Positions 32,757-48,722 of a stretch of DNA of 64,000 bases are shown in pieces; position 1 is the stretch's first letter; every line of letters starts with the position of its first letter. The stretch is from an uncultured virus (IMG/VR IMGVR_UViG_3300045241_000137) (lineage: Duplodnaviria > Heunggongvirae > Uroviricota > Caudoviricetes), in the IMG/VR virus record IMGVR_UViG_3300045241_000137, one strand, 5' to 3'. Both the position numbers and the translations under genes were made by a program. Under the pieces are notes generated by a model. It saw nothing but the letters and a program-made list of their open reading frames with translations, ran no database searches and had not been told where the DNA came from.

Positions 32757-33022
32757 GGTTCGCGGATCATCGGCTCGAGCGGATGGTCGTCCGTCCATGA
32801 CGGACCGGTGCAGGCCGGTGGCATCTCTTGATCCGAGCGCTCCACACGACCGCACAACTCGCAGCGGAACGTGAAGATCGCTTTCTTGAGGTTGGCCGTA
32901 CCAACGTGGATGTGCGCTTCGAGCGGGTCGCGTTCTTCGGGATAGAGACGGGAGAGGTCTACACCGCCGAGACGCTCGAAGCGGCGCAGCCTCTCTCCTG
33001 CGATCCTGAGTCCGTCGTTCAC
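32753..33022 (-). CDS. Small zinc-binding protein
   Basis: FRCELCG...PACTG...H...M. Confidence 0.55.
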   Translation of the reverse strand: MNDGLRIAGERLRRFERLGGVDLSRLYPEERDPLEAHIHVGTANLKKAIFTFRCELCGRVERSDQEMPPACTGPSWTDDHPLEPMIREP

Positions 33023-33327
33023 TAGGCGTACGTGTATCCGGCGACGTAGATCTGGGCCGTGGTCGAGTTCACGTCCGCGTCGCAACGGAGCGTGGTGACG
33101 TACCAGCCGTTGAAGATCAGCGGCTGCGGTGCCGGGATCGCGGCGGCGTCGAGGATCCTCGTTCCGGCCGCGTCCGCACCGATCGAGAAGTGGACGGTCT
33201 TCGCCGCGGACGAACTGAAGTGGATGGTGCGAATGACGTTCGTGGATGCTGCCGCGACTACCTGCGTTCCCGGGGTCGCAGTGAGTGCGGTAGGACCTGC
33301 GATCGAAGCTGGTGTGTAAGCGGCCAT
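33022..33327 (-). CDS. Small putative virion/decoration protein
   Basis: 101 aa, Ala/Thr-rich beta protein with an AGGAGG RBS. Confidence 0.65.
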   Translation of the reverse strand: MAAYTPASIAGPTALTATPGTQVVAAASTNVIRTIHFSSSAAKTVHFSIGADAAGTRILDAAAIPAPQPLIFNGWYVTTLRCDADVNSTTAQIYVAGYTYA

Positions 33328-33372
33328 TCGGTGTTCCTCCTTCGCTTGGAATGCATGGTAGGGCGTTCTGGG

Positions 33373-34149
33373 TCAGGTGCGGACTATCGGACGTTTCATG
33401 CCGATCGGACCGCGGAAGGGATTCGAGATTGCCGGCAGCGCTCCGAACGGCGGGTCGTCGTTGGTGACGACGCTGGTTCCGCCGATTGCTGTCTGGTCTG
33501 CTCCGCTGCCCGTGAGATCGGTGAGCGCCGTCGCCACAGACGCCTGGTCGAGCCGATACATGGTGCGGGGCGTCGTGGCAAGCCAGCCGGTCACCAACGC
33601 GCCGAAGTCAGCGAAGTTACGGGTCGAATACGCTTCGATGGCGGCATCGCTGAGAGCGGTGTTGAATGTTGCGACGGCCAGGATGTGCCCGTCGAAAGCG
33701 CCGGACGATGTGTGACCTGACGAGTTGCCGATGTTGCTGGTGCTTGGTGATCCAGCGGTGCTGTCCGCTCCGGTCGACGGACTGTCTTGGTGAGTCCAGA
33801 TCCCGGTGGACAGGACGCACTTGTGGAACCTGGGCGCGGTGGTGCCGGACGTCTTGGAGACGGCGACCACCAGCCAGTCTTCAGCGACCGTGATCGTGAA
33901 CGGCGCTTCTAGGTCGCTGACGCCCTGCCACAGAGAGAGCTTGTTGTCTCCACCAAGCCCAGCGTAGAACAGCCAGTTGTGCGGATCGGCGCTGCTCGAG
34001 TTGGCGGTGAAGATGAACTCGAAGTTCGAGGTGTCGCTCGATTTCTTGATCAGGGCGACGCAGGTAGCGGGCCCCATAGCCTGTGGCGTGTTCCCGACGT
34101 TGACAGCGATGAAGTCTCCGCTCGCGCGCGTGAAGTGCCGTACGTTCAT
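33373..34149 (-). CDS. LamG/ConA-like lectin-fold protein
   Basis: W..VAVS...FDGHILAVATFNTALSDAAI pattern. Confidence 0.65.
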   Translation of the reverse strand: MNVRHFTRASGDFIAVNVGNTPQAMGPATCVALIKKSSDTSNFEFIFTANSSSADPHNWLFYAGLGGDNKLSLWQGVSDLEAPFTITVAEDWLVVAVSKTSGTTAPRFHKCVLSTGIWTHQDSPSTGADSTAGSPSTSNIGNSSGHTSSGAFDGHILAVATFNTALSDAAIEAYSTRNFADFGALVTGWLATTPRTMYRLDQASVATALTDLTGSGADQTAIGGTSVVTNDDPPFGALPAISNPFRGPIGMKRPIVRT

Positions 34150-35399
34150 TTGGTCGCTCGTGTTCCGAGGATCGGGTCTGAGGGAATCGCGCAGCCGGAC
34201 TGCGACGTGTTCGAGCACAGCGTGTTGCCAGAGAGTTGGACGCCTCGTCCAGCGCAGCCGATGAGGTTCGGCTGGATGAAGTAGAAGCTGTTGCTGATCT
34301 TCAGCGTGGAGCAGAACGACCCGCCGGTGTCAGCGCCCAAGACGATGCTGTTGCAGCACGCCGTCTGTCCCAGGTATGTGCGATCCACGGTGAAGTTGCC
34401 GATCGTCGCTCCAGCGAACGGTGACGCTTGGATGTTGTTCGTCGGGCAGTGATCGAACACCGAGTCTTGGACCAAGATGTTCGCCCCTCCCGTCGTCTGC
34501 ATGCAGTCGGAGTGATAACCGGCATGAACCGTCCCTTGGCATGTAAACCCGGACCCAGACGTGACGTCGTGGACGCGCGAATGCAGGAGCTTGTCGTTCG
34601 TCGGCGTCGCGTTGACTCCCGGCCCGCGCCCCCAGAACCTGAAAGCGTCCTCGGGGTTGCTCGCCAGACAGGCGTCGAAGCCTCCGAACTCGGAGCGAAT
34701 GACGGTCACCCCGGAAGCCGCGATAAAAGCGTCCTTGCCGTGGAACCCGTCGATCACGATGTCCTGGTACTGGACTGCGGGACAGCCTCCGTCGCAGATG
34801 CCCAGACCGTGCCTCCCTTCGCCCGTGCCTGACGACACGACACCGACAACGTGGATGCGGTCGAGGTCGATCTCCAGCCCTGCCACTTTCGCCTGCCCAG
34901 CATGCGCGGCCTGGAAGGTGACCGGAGCACCTGACTTCTGCCCGGTACCCAACGTCTGGACGGGGTAGGTGCCGTCCGGAATGATGATGGTGGCTCCAGG
35001 TGACGCAGCGTCGTATGCCTGCTGCCAGGTCTGACCCGGCGGAGTCGTGGTCGTAGTGGTGGTGGTGACGGGATTCGTTGTCGTCACCGGGGATGTCGTT
35101 GTTCCCGGCACCGTTGTGGTGACGGTGGTGAAATCCGTAGTCGTCTGATCGGTCGCCGTCACGCACACGGTCTGTGTGTCGCTCGCGCCGGGGATCGTGC
35201 TTCCCGCGAAGGTGTAGACGGGCGAGCCATCAGCGCCGATCACATGGTCTGGCACCGTGGTTCCCGCAACCGTCGCGGACGCGGTCACGCAGGCGGAGTG
35301 CTCGGCGGCTGACGGGCCCCCGACAACCACTCCGGTTACAACACCGACAACAGCCAGTAGTGGGATGAGCGCCATGAGAAGTGTCTTCTTGCGCTTCAC
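34146..35399 (-). CDS. Exported pectin-lyase-like parallel beta-helix protein
   Basis: Signal/TM peptide MKRKKTLLMALIPLL, Thr-rich linker, QAYDAASPGATIIIPDGTY, HSDCMQ. Confidence 0.7.
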   Translation of the reverse strand: MKRKKTLLMALIPLLAVVGVVTGVVVGGPSAAEHSACVTASATVAGTTVPDHVIGADGSPVYTFAGSTIPGASDTQTVCVTATDQTTTDFTTVTTTVPGTTTSPVTTTNPVTTTTTTTTPPGQTWQQAYDAASPGATIIIPDGTYPVQTLGTGQKSGAPVTFQAAHAGQAKVAGLEIDLDRIHVVGVVSSGTGEGRHGLGICDGGCPAVQYQDIVIDGFHGKDAFIAASGVTVIRSEFGGFDACLASNPEDAFRFWGRGPGVNATPTNDKLLHSRVHDVTSGSGFTCQGTVHAGYHSDCMQTTGGANILVQDSVFDHCPTNNIQASPFAGATIGNFTVDRTYLGQTACCNSIVLGADTGGSFCSTLKISNSFYFIQPNLIGCAGRGVQLSGNTLCSNTSQSGCAIPSDPILGTRATK

Positions 35400-35922
35400 G
35401 ATTCAGACCTTCCGTGAGATTCCCTCAGGTCGGCTAGTTCGGCTTCAAGAGCGGCCAAGCGCTCCTCCAGCGATGGGGCTAGCGACCCCTGCACGAGCAT
35501 CTGCTGCTCGTGCTCCTCGCGTTCACGCTCACGGAACTCCCTCTCCGCTCGCGCCTCGTCGTCCTTGCGCTTCGCGAACTCCTCCGCGTGCGGTACCGAC
35601 CCCTCGTCCGCTAGATACTCCAGCACGGCCGCGTAGCCTTCGTTGCCACCAGCGACGGTCAGGATCGGGCCTTGCCGGTTCTCGCACGAACGGAAGTCAT
35701 GGCCGTCCTTCGTGTGCGGGTTCTTGCTGCCGCGCTTCGGAGAGCAGGCATCGCAGTTGTCGAGGTCGTAGCAGGGATAGAAGTGGATCTCGTAGCCGTG
35801 TGGATGATGCTCGACCACGACGACACCGGACGGTGTCTTCCAGTGGCCGAGCAGGCTGTCGTCCAGGCGCTTCGGGAAACCGTCCGGGTACTGGACGTGC
35901 GTCTTCGCCAAATGAGGATGTG

Positions 35923-35926
<4 letters not shown>
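35396..35926 (-). CDS. Hypothetical protein
   Basis: 176 aa with CDAC and a C-terminal coiled coil; coupled to neighbours. Confidence 0.65.
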
Positions 35927-41636
<5,710 letters not shown>

Positions 41637-41640
<4 letters not shown>

Positions 41641-44135
41641 TCGGCGAGCGCCGCCAGCGAGTCGAGGCCTTCCGCGCGCGCCGCGAGCGCCTTCATCCGC
41701 CGTTCGGCGACGAGATCCTCGTCGACCAATCCCTGATGCTCGAGGGCTGCGACCGCGGCCGGGTCAGGATCAATGTGGCCCGACGACGCGATCAGCGCGT
41801 CGCACAGTTCGATGCTGTCGCCGGCTGCGACCAGCGACATCACCGCGCGCGGAACCGGGAAACCAGGCACGGCGACAGCGAGGCCGCAGATCAGCTCGTA
41901 CTGGCCGTTGATGGGACGCCAGTCCCCCGACGGGGGGTTCAGACGGAGTTCGCGCCGCATCTGCTGGCGCTGCTTGTCGGTCAGGTCGGGGTTGAGCGCG
42001 CCGGCGGCCCAGATGCCGTGCTGGCCGTCGGTGACGCGGAGGTAGGCGGCGGCCATGCCGGTCTTGTCGTAGTGGGCGCTCGCCTTGCTGGCGGAGAGGC
42101 GACGGTCGGCGTGCCCGCCGTTGTCGGGCGAGAACATGAGCTTGCCGACCGTCAGTTCCCCACCGTCCTCGGAGTCGATCTCGCAAACATGGAAGTACGC
42201 GTAGTTCGAGGAGCTCTTGGGCGGCGGCACACACTGCGGCAGGAACGAGACGTGGCAGGAGTCCCAGGTGGCGAGGTGCCCGTAGACGCGGCCGTCCTCG
42301 GTGATCGTCAGAGGCATCTTGCCGGGCGGCTCTGCGGTCTCGAACCAGGAGCGCGGCGGATTCACCGGCGCCGGCGAAGCGACCAAGGCGTCGGTCTGCT
42401 CGGTGCCGAGTTCGATCTCGAAGATCAGGGTGGCCGTGTCGTCGTCTGCGCTCGCGGTCAACGCGACCATCGCGCCCTCCAATGCCTGCGTCGGGACGAG
42501 CGTGACGGCCTTGACCTTGCCGGACATGAGCGCGAGCGCGTAGGTGCCTGCGCTCAAGTCTTCGGGCGTCAGGTCTTCCATCGGCACCTCGGCGAGCGTG
42601 TCGCGGTTGACGATGCACCACTCGGTCGCTCCCAAGTCGGCCGAGACGTAGCGGAGCGTCTTGTCGTCGATCATCGGGGCGATCTCGTTGATCCCGAACG
42701 GTGTGGTGAGTTCGCCGGACATGGTGATGCTCCGTTTCTTGCCGGTGGAGCGCGAGCGGGCGAGCTCGTCGACGCGGCCTGCGACTTGTGCGCCGTCGTG
42801 GCCTTCGGCGGTCGCGGTCTGCGCCATGAACGACACGGGCATCTCGGGCCACTCCAGCGAGTCGGGCAGGAGGACGCGTGGCGTCAGCGAGTTGTCGTCG
42901 GCGATCTGGCCTTCGATGGCTGCTGTTCCGCTGAAGCGGATCGAGCGCGCGGCGGCGACGATACTGACGAGTCTGTCGTTGCCGTCTTCGCCGTACTCGA
43001 TCACCGGGACCATGTCGGACGGATAGCGAACGACCTGTGGCTCCGTAGCCAACTTGGTCTTGCCGTGCGCTGCGCGGCGCTCGTAGCGCTTTTGACGCTG
43101 TGCCTTCGTCGCCATGTTTCCCATGATGGAGTTCCTTTCGGATGTTGACAAGTCGATCGGCTCGGCCATCGCCTTGCGCAGCGCCACGATAAAGGGGTCC
43201 TCTGCCGCCGCGATCAGCCCTTGCGCCTCGGCGAGCGTGTCACCGTAGACCAGAGTGCACACGCAGTTGCAGGATTGGGCGTCGCTCAGGACGGGATCGC
43301 CGGGATAGTCGGCGCTCTCGCCGCCGACCAGGAACGTGTCGTTGATCGCAACGGTCTGGCCGTGAGCCTCGGCATGCTCGGGACGCGTGGTCGAGAGCAG
43401 CGCCGAGACCCAAGTCTTGAATCCGACCCCGGAGAGCTGCGCCGCCGCTTTGCTCGCCCCGTTCGACAGCGAGTTCAGATCCGACCGGGCGAGCATGTCC
43501 GCCTGGAACGGTGCGGCGCCGGCGATCTTCTGCTGGATCAGCTTCGACGTGTCGCTGGCGCTGAGCCCCTCCTGGTAGGCGTGCGCGAGCGTTTCGCGCA
43601 AGGTGAACTGGACAGCCTCGCCGAGCCGCTGCCCCGTCCGCTGCCCTGCCTGCTGCAAGAGGTTCTGCGCCAGCGGATGCTTGAGGGTCCAGTCGACCTC
43701 GATTCGTGCGAGTGGTGCGCGCGCGACGTCGATGATGATCTTCTCCCACACGGGAGCGAGGGTCTTGTTCAGCCGTTTGGCGATTGTGGCGACGCTGGCG
43801 GTGGTGATGATCGCTCCCTCGGCGGGTGGCTGCCAGTCGGTCGCGGCGGCGGTGAGCGCGAAGTGGTCGCTCGCCTGTCCGGCGATCTCAGTGATGCTCG
43901 TCTCGTAGCCGGTGACGAGCAGCGAAAGATAGGTGGCCTCCGCTTTCGCGGCGGTCTCGGCGAGTGTCGCGTTGAGCATGGCGGCGCGCGGCTCGTTCGC
44001 ATACAGGGCGCGCTGCTGCGCCTGCGCCTTCGCTTTCGTGGGGTGGCAGCCGTGCAGTGTGCCGGTGACGGTGTTGGTGACGCCCCACGGCCGCGAGGCG
44101 GGGCATGAGTCGTGCTTGGCGACTCCGTAGGGCAT
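41637..44135 (-). CDS. MuF-like minor head protein / capsid maturation protease fusion
   Basis: MuF motifs KTW...TRPEHAEAHGQ...F.VGG...YPGDP...NCVC. C-terminal half GHDGAQVAG, VYGHLATWDSCH, GIWAAG, SGDWR, AVPGFP as in actinophage proteases. Confidence 0.82.
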
Positions 44136-44281
44136 CAGCGGTTCCCTCTTTTGGTCTTCTTCTTTCGCTTCGTGGTGGTGACGTGGTAGTCGATGACCTG
44201 ATGGTTGGCCTCGGTCTCGGCCCATTCGTGATCGTCGATCTGGACGTACCAGCCGATCGGTTCGCCGAGCGGATGCGCCAT
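44135..44281 (-). CDS. Small hypothetical protein
   Basis: MAHPLGEPIGWYVQIDD...KRKKKTKRGNR; TGATG coupling. Confidence 0.45.
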   Translation of the reverse strand: MAHPLGEPIGWYVQIDDHEWAETEANHQVIDYHVTTTKRKKKTKRGNR

Positions 44282-44487
44282 CAGCTTGTCACCCGCCGCC
44301 AGTGTCGTTTCCACGCGCGCTCGATCCCGTCCTGCGTCATGTCCTGATGGCGCGCGCACTTCCCGTACTTCACCACGGGCGCCCCGCACGCTTGAAGGTG
44401 CGTGTGGTCCTGAGGCTCCCCGGTGTAGAGCAGAACCTGCGGTGTGCGCGCGACGATCTGGTAGCAGCGTGTGATCTTCGGGCTCAA
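44281..44487 (-). CDS. Small hypothetical protein
   Basis: 68 aa with Cys/His; overlaps the portal stop. Confidence 0.45.
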   Translation of the reverse strand: MSPKITRCYQIVARTPQVLLYTGEPQDHTHLQACGAPVVKYGKCARHQDMTQDGIERAWKRHWRRVTS

Positions 44488-46406
44488 CCGTCACCTCCGA
44501 CGGTCGCCATTCGGCAGGCAGCGACGAACCCTGGCGGCATCGCCGGCACCTCCCGCTCGTACAAGGTGCGCTGCGCGTGCTGCTCAACCATCTGGCCGAG
44601 CTGCTCGGGCCAGCCGCCGTTCACGTTCCAGCGGCGCACACGTTCCGCGAACGCCTCCGCGATCCCCTCGAACAGATCGGCCTCCGTCGCGTGCCCGGCG
44701 ATCACCGATCTGACCTGTTCCGCTCCGAGCGCTGCCGCGATCAGCGGAAGCGGCACCGCCTTGATCGTGTCCTGGCAGTCGCCGCAGGACTGCGCTCGGT
44801 TCGCCAAGCGTCGGCCTGCGAGCTCGCGCGCGCGGTCGATCTGCATCATCGCCGCCCCCTGGATCATCGCCGCGAGGTTCGGAGCTGGTGCGGGTGGTGT
44901 CTGGTCTCGTGTCCGCTGCGCCGGCTCGTTCGGCGGTGCCTGCTTCGCGTCCGCCCCGGTGCCACCCTGCGACGGTGGTGTTTCGCCCTGGCCCGAACGC
45001 GGGTCGGCACCGTCGCCGTAGGGGTCCTGCTTCAACAGGACTTCGGTGCGTCGCTTCAACTCTGCGGGCGGCGGAGCGGCGGTCTCGGGAGCACCGATCT
45101 TCTCGCGCGCGTATGCGTCGGAGACGATCAGTTGGCTGTGCGCCTTCAACGCGGTGCCGGACTCGTCGGGGTGCAGCACGGCGCGGGCGGCGTCGTAGCC
45201 GACGGTCACCCGGTCGGCGTCCGTGATCCCGGCTTCGATCGCCGCCGGCCGGAGATAGGCGGCGCCGATGTCGGAGCAGAAGCGGATCAACGTCGGACCC
45301 GTATGGGAGGCGAACCCTTCGGCGCCGAGGAAGAACACCGTCCAGTGGTTGACGTCGCCGACGCCGGTCATCAGTTCTTTCGGGATGTCGATCGAACCGG
45401 CGATCAGACCCAACGTCTGCTCGATCGCGTCGATCTCGTTGTAGCGGTCGTTCGGGCCGAGCATGATGTGACGGATCAGGTCGGCCATCGGCACCGAACC
45501 ACCAGACGTTTGCAGCACGCCGGGGCCGCGCATCACGAACGGGGCCATCGCCTCTGCGCTGCCAGGGTTCTGGATCGCCCTTGCCATCGCCTGCTGCAAC
45601 TCGGCGATCAGCGGGTCCTCGTCGGGGTTCTCCTCCTGCGTCGGGTCCGCCGGGCCGAAGGAGAGTTCGTCGGGGACGTAGAGCAGTCCACGCTGGGCAG
45701 CGCGTGACGAGGCCTCCGCCGCGACAGCGAGTTTTAGTCGCGCCAAAGTTTCGTAGTCCTCGATCACCGGCTTGACGGTCGAGAACGCCCACTGCGAATA
45801 GGAGATGTCTCGGCGCCAGAGCCGCCACACACGAGCCTGGTCGATCCCAGTCGCCTCGAAAGCGTTGTCAGGCGCCTCGACGAGCTGCTCGGGCATGATC
45901 CCCGGCGCCCGGATCCGCCGATACTCCTGCGGCCGCCCGTCCTGCTCCGGATTCAGACGCAGCTCGAGCGGCGACAGGTACTCCCAAACCTCCTCACCGA
46001 ACTGCTCGCTGACCGTCAGCAGACCGTCGCCGATCACGAACTGCAACCTGGCGTACGAACCCGCGAGCTCGGCGAGGTCGCCTGGCGCACCGTTCGGGGT
46101 TTTGATCCGGTTGAACAGCGCCCGCAACTCGGGGTCACTGGACTCCTCGGGGATCCCGTTGTCGTTGAGGACGGCGGGGTAGTAGCGGATCCGTTCCATC
46201 GCCCGCGCCTGATACTGGGCCGGGTTCGCGCACTCGCCCTGCGTGTCGTAGATCCTGAGCGCCCGGTACTGCCAAGGCTGGTTCAGCCTCAGCAGCGACC
46301 CTTTGGAGTCCTGGGCGCGTTCGGCCGAGGCGACGAGCGCGGTGTTTCGTCGCTTGATCGTGGCCCTGTGGCGGACCCGTTTGGTCTGCCGGCCGAGAAT
46401 GGGCAT
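44484..46406 (-). CDS. Portal protein
   Basis: 640 aa between terminase and protease; RVWR, GLLYVPDEL, DIPKELMTG.GDVNHW. Confidence 0.85.
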   Translation of the reverse strand: MPILGRQTKRVRHRATIKRRNTALVASAERAQDSKGSLLRLNQPWQYRALRIYDTQGECANPAQYQARAMERIRYYPAVLNDNGIPEESSDPELRALFNRIKTPNGAPGDLAELAGSYARLQFVIGDGLLTVSEQFGEEVWEYLSPLELRLNPEQDGRPQEYRRIRAPGIMPEQLVEAPDNAFEATGIDQARVWRLWRRDISYSQWAFSTVKPVIEDYETLARLKLAVAAEASSRAAQRGLLYVPDELSFGPADPTQEENPDEDPLIAELQQAMARAIQNPGSAEAMAPFVMRGPGVLQTSGGSVPMADLIRHIMLGPNDRYNEIDAIEQTLGLIAGSIDIPKELMTGVGDVNHWTVFFLGAEGFASHTGPTLIRFCSDIGAAYLRPAAIEAGITDADRVTVGYDAARAVLHPDESGTALKAHSQLIVSDAYAREKIGAPETAAPPPAELKRRTEVLLKQDPYGDGADPRSGQGETPPSQGGTGADAKQAPPNEPAQRTRDQTPPAPAPNLAAMIQGAAMMQIDRARELAGRRLANRAQSCGDCQDTIKAVPLPLIAAALGAEQVRSVIAGHATEADLFEGIAEAFAERVRRWNVNGGWPEQLGQMVEQHAQRTLYEREVPAMPPGFVAACRMATVGGDG

Positions 46407-46415
46407 GGGCTGTGT

Positions 46416-46763
46416 CTAGGCCTGCTCGGCGGGCTGGGGCGGCGTGTCGGCTTCGTCGGGGATCGGCTCGAGCGGCTGCTGCAGATCGACACCGGCATCG
46501 ACCGCGGGTGTCTGTTGCTCGGCGAGGTGGTTGGCGACGTCGTCTTTCGAGATGCGCCCGTCTTTGCCGGTTCCGGTGACGTCGGCGAGGTCGATCTGGT
46601 TCTCGGCCGCTAGTGCTTTCGCGGCGTCGGTGGCGTTCGGCCCGTCTTCGGTCTGTTCGAGCGTCACCTCGGCTTCCGGCGAAGCTGCTGGTGTGGTCGG
46701 TGAGGCCTGAACGGAGCGTTTTCCTCCGCCTGACCAGCGTGCGGGGCCGGTGAACTCGCGCAT
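46416..46763 (-). CDS. Small acidic protein with an E3-binding (PSBD-like) domain
   Basis: ATDAAKALAAENQIDLADVTGTGKDGRISKDDVANHL matches the peripheral subunit-binding domain pattern. Confidence 0.8.
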   Translation of the reverse strand: MREFTGPARWSGGGKRSVQASPTTPAASPEAEVTLEQTEDGPNATDAAKALAAENQIDLADVTGTGKDGRISKDDVANHLAEQQTPAVDAGVDLQQPLEPIPDEADTPPQPAEQA

Positions 46764-46907
46764 TCAGGCCTCCTTCGTGGTGAGCTTGCGCCCGGCCCAG
46801 CGCGCCGGTGTGAACGGCTTGGTCTCGGCGGGCTCGGTTTTGGCGCTGGCGGTGACGGCGCGCTTGGCGGCAGCGCGTTCCTTGTTCTTGCGGCATCCGC
46901 AGGCTAT
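46764..46907 (-). CDS. Small basic (M)ACGC protein with apparent ATA start
   Basis: GGAGG-N6-ATA GCC TGC GGA TGC CGC AAG...; ends 1 nt before the next ATG. Confidence 0.5.
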   Translation of the reverse strand: MACGCRKNKERAAAKRAVTASAKTEPAETKPFTPARWAGRKLTTKEA

Positions 46908-47011
46908 GACGCGCCTCCGTTCACCTGCGGAATGACGAAGGCCTGACGGTCTTCGTCCCAGTCGAGTAGGACGGCTTCCCCGTCCATGTAGGTCCAGATG
47001 AGGATGTTCAT
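46904..47011 (-). CDS. Small hypothetical protein
   Basis: MNILIWTYMDGEAVLLDWDEDRQAFVIPQVNGGAS. Confidence 0.45.
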   Translation of the reverse strand: MNILIWTYMDGEAVLLDWDEDRQAFVIPQVNGGAS

Positions 47012-47044
47012 GCGGCCGAGTGTAGGGATGCGAGCGGTCGGACG

Positions 47045-47215
47045 CTAGCCGGATGGCAACGGGGACGCCTGCGCCACAGTCTCGATCTCGTCCTTCAGGT
47101 ACGGGTAGCGCCGGTCGAACTCGGCGTGCTTGGCGAGCGATTCCTCGATCTGTTCGATCAGTTCGTCGGCCCAGCCGTCGATGTAGTCGCGGAGGCGTGG
47201 CTGCTCGTCAGCCAT
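47045..47215 (-). CDS. Small hypothetical protein
   Basis: MADEQPRLRDYIDGWADELIEQIEESL... Confidence 0.5.
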   Translation of the reverse strand: MADEQPRLRDYIDGWADELIEQIEESLAKHAEFDRRYPYLKDEIETVAQASPLPSG

Positions 47216-47246
47216 GCGTTGACGGTACGCCGAGGGGCGGTCGGTA

Positions 47247-47540
47247 TCAGTCCGGGTCGATGTTCGCGGCGATCAGGCCGACGACGGAGCTGATCGCGAA
47301 CGGCGTCGCAACGACGAGCGTCCAGTGGTGCGACCAGACCCACGCGAGCCACCAGCCGGTCGAGATCCATGCGCCCGCGCACCAGGGGCAGAGCAGCCAT
47401 TCCTCGCCCTTCGGAAACTTGCGAACGAACGCCGCGCGTGGCCGGTCGAGGATGGTGTCTTCTGCGAGGATCCGCCATGTTCGGAACGCGGCTGCAGCAA
47501 GGAGGAGGAGCCCGTAGAGCGAGGGAATCGTCCAGGTCAC
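47247..47540 (-). CDS. DUF1360-like membrane protein
   Basis: FRTWRILAEDTILDRPR...LLCPWCAGAW. Confidence 0.75.
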   Translation of the reverse strand: MTWTIPSLYGLLLLAAAAFRTWRILAEDTILDRPRAAFVRKFPKGEEWLLCPWCAGAWISTGWWLAWVWSHHWTLVVATPFAISSVVGLIAANIDPD

Positions 47541-47770
47541 TTCGGTGCCTCTGGGTCAGCGATCTCCATGATCCTCCAGCCCATTGCCCCGCCGAACATC
47601 GCGTAGATCTCTACTGTGCGTGCCGGATCAGTGACCTGCTCGCCGTTCTCCTCCGCGACGAGGTTGCCGTGCTCGTCGCGACCGATAGCGATCGAGCCAC
47701 TGTCGATCAGGATCGAGTCCCTGATGACGCCCTCCTCGCAGTCGGGCCCGGTCACATGCCATTCGCTCAC
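47537..47770 (-). CDS. Hypothetical protein
   Basis: 77-aa ORF coupled to its neighbours. Confidence 0.55.
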   Translation of the reverse strand: MSEWHVTGPDCEEGVIRDSILIDSGSIAIGRDEHGNLVAEENGEQVTDPARTVEIYAMFGGAMGWRIMEIADPEAPK

Positions 47771-48513
47771 GCCGTCACCATAAACCGTTCGCGCAGATCA
47801 TCGAACACCTCTCCTGCGGGCCACGGCCGCTGCGTGAACCGCATCCGCGACTCCGGCCAGACGATCGACTTCAGGTGCGCGCTCGCGTGGAAGCGCCCGC
47901 CGTCGTGCCGGGTGTACCGAGCGTAGCGGGAGGCGCGCTCGGCCGGGTTGGTCCAGCCGAAATGGAGCAGGTCGATGCCCGTCGGGCGTGGACGTTGTCC
48001 GAGTACCTGCGTCGGCACACGCCCGCACGCGAGCTTGCGGTCGCGCATCGTGAAGCGCGTCCCCGTCGGAGGTGCCTTCCAGAGCACCGGCAGCGGATGA
48101 CTTCTCCAACCACCGTCTTCGCGGACCGAGAGCTGCTCGCCGGCGTTCCAGACTTCTTCCATCACGAGTGACCAGACCGGAACATCTGGCTCGCGCTCGA
48201 TCGTCGCGCGGAGGGCGAGCCCGTGCGTCACGAACTCATCGGCATCCGTCGACAGGACGTGCGTCGGCTCATGCGCGAGCGTCCAGTCGATCAGCCGCTG
48301 CCTAGCCTTCCCTTCGTGCGCGAAGAACGTGTGCTCCGTGCGTTCGACGTGGATGCGCGGGTCGAGGCGCGCTTGCAGGTGACGGAGGGTCTTGTCGTTC
48401 GAGCCGTCGTCGATGATGCAGATCTGGTCGCAGAAGTCGAGCAGGTGGTCGACGCAGTCGTCGAGGTAACGATGGCGCTCGTCGTGCACGATCAGGCTGG
48501 CTGCGAGGTTCAT
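47767..48513 (-). CDS. Glycosyltransferase family 2
   Basis: IVHDE, IIDDGSND, STDADEF, LLHFGW. Confidence 0.88.
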   Translation of the reverse strand: MNLAASLIVHDERHRYLDDCVDHLLDFCDQICIIDDGSNDKTLRHLQARLDPRIHVERTEHTFFAHEGKARQRLIDWTLAHEPTHVLSTDADEFVTHGLALRATIEREPDVPVWSLVMEEVWNAGEQLSVREDGGWRSHPLPVLWKAPPTGTRFTMRDRKLACGRVPTQVLGQRPRPTGIDLLHFGWTNPAERASRYARYTRHDGGRFHASAHLKSIVWPESRMRFTQRPWPAGEVFDDLRERFMVTA

Positions 48514-48722
48514 CCGAACCTCTCGTATCTGTAGAAGTCCTCGGGCGTCCCGACCGGGGATGAATACCGCGAACCGCGCTGGTTCGTGCATATCTGCCAG
48601 ACCCGCTGCTTCGTGAGGTCGAACGCGCGCGCGATGTCCTCATAACTCCACTGTTGCCGTCGGCGTTCGCGAATCTCTGAGTTCCGAACGCGATGCTGCT
48701 CGATGCGTCCTTGGTACTTCAC
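48510..48722 (-). CDS. Small helix-turn-helix protein
   Basis: WSYEDIARAFDLTKQRVWQI. Confidence 0.7.
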   Translation of the reverse strand: MKYQGRIEQHRVRNSEIRERRRQQWSYEDIARAFDLTKQRVWQICTNQRGSRYSSPVGTPEDFYRYERFG

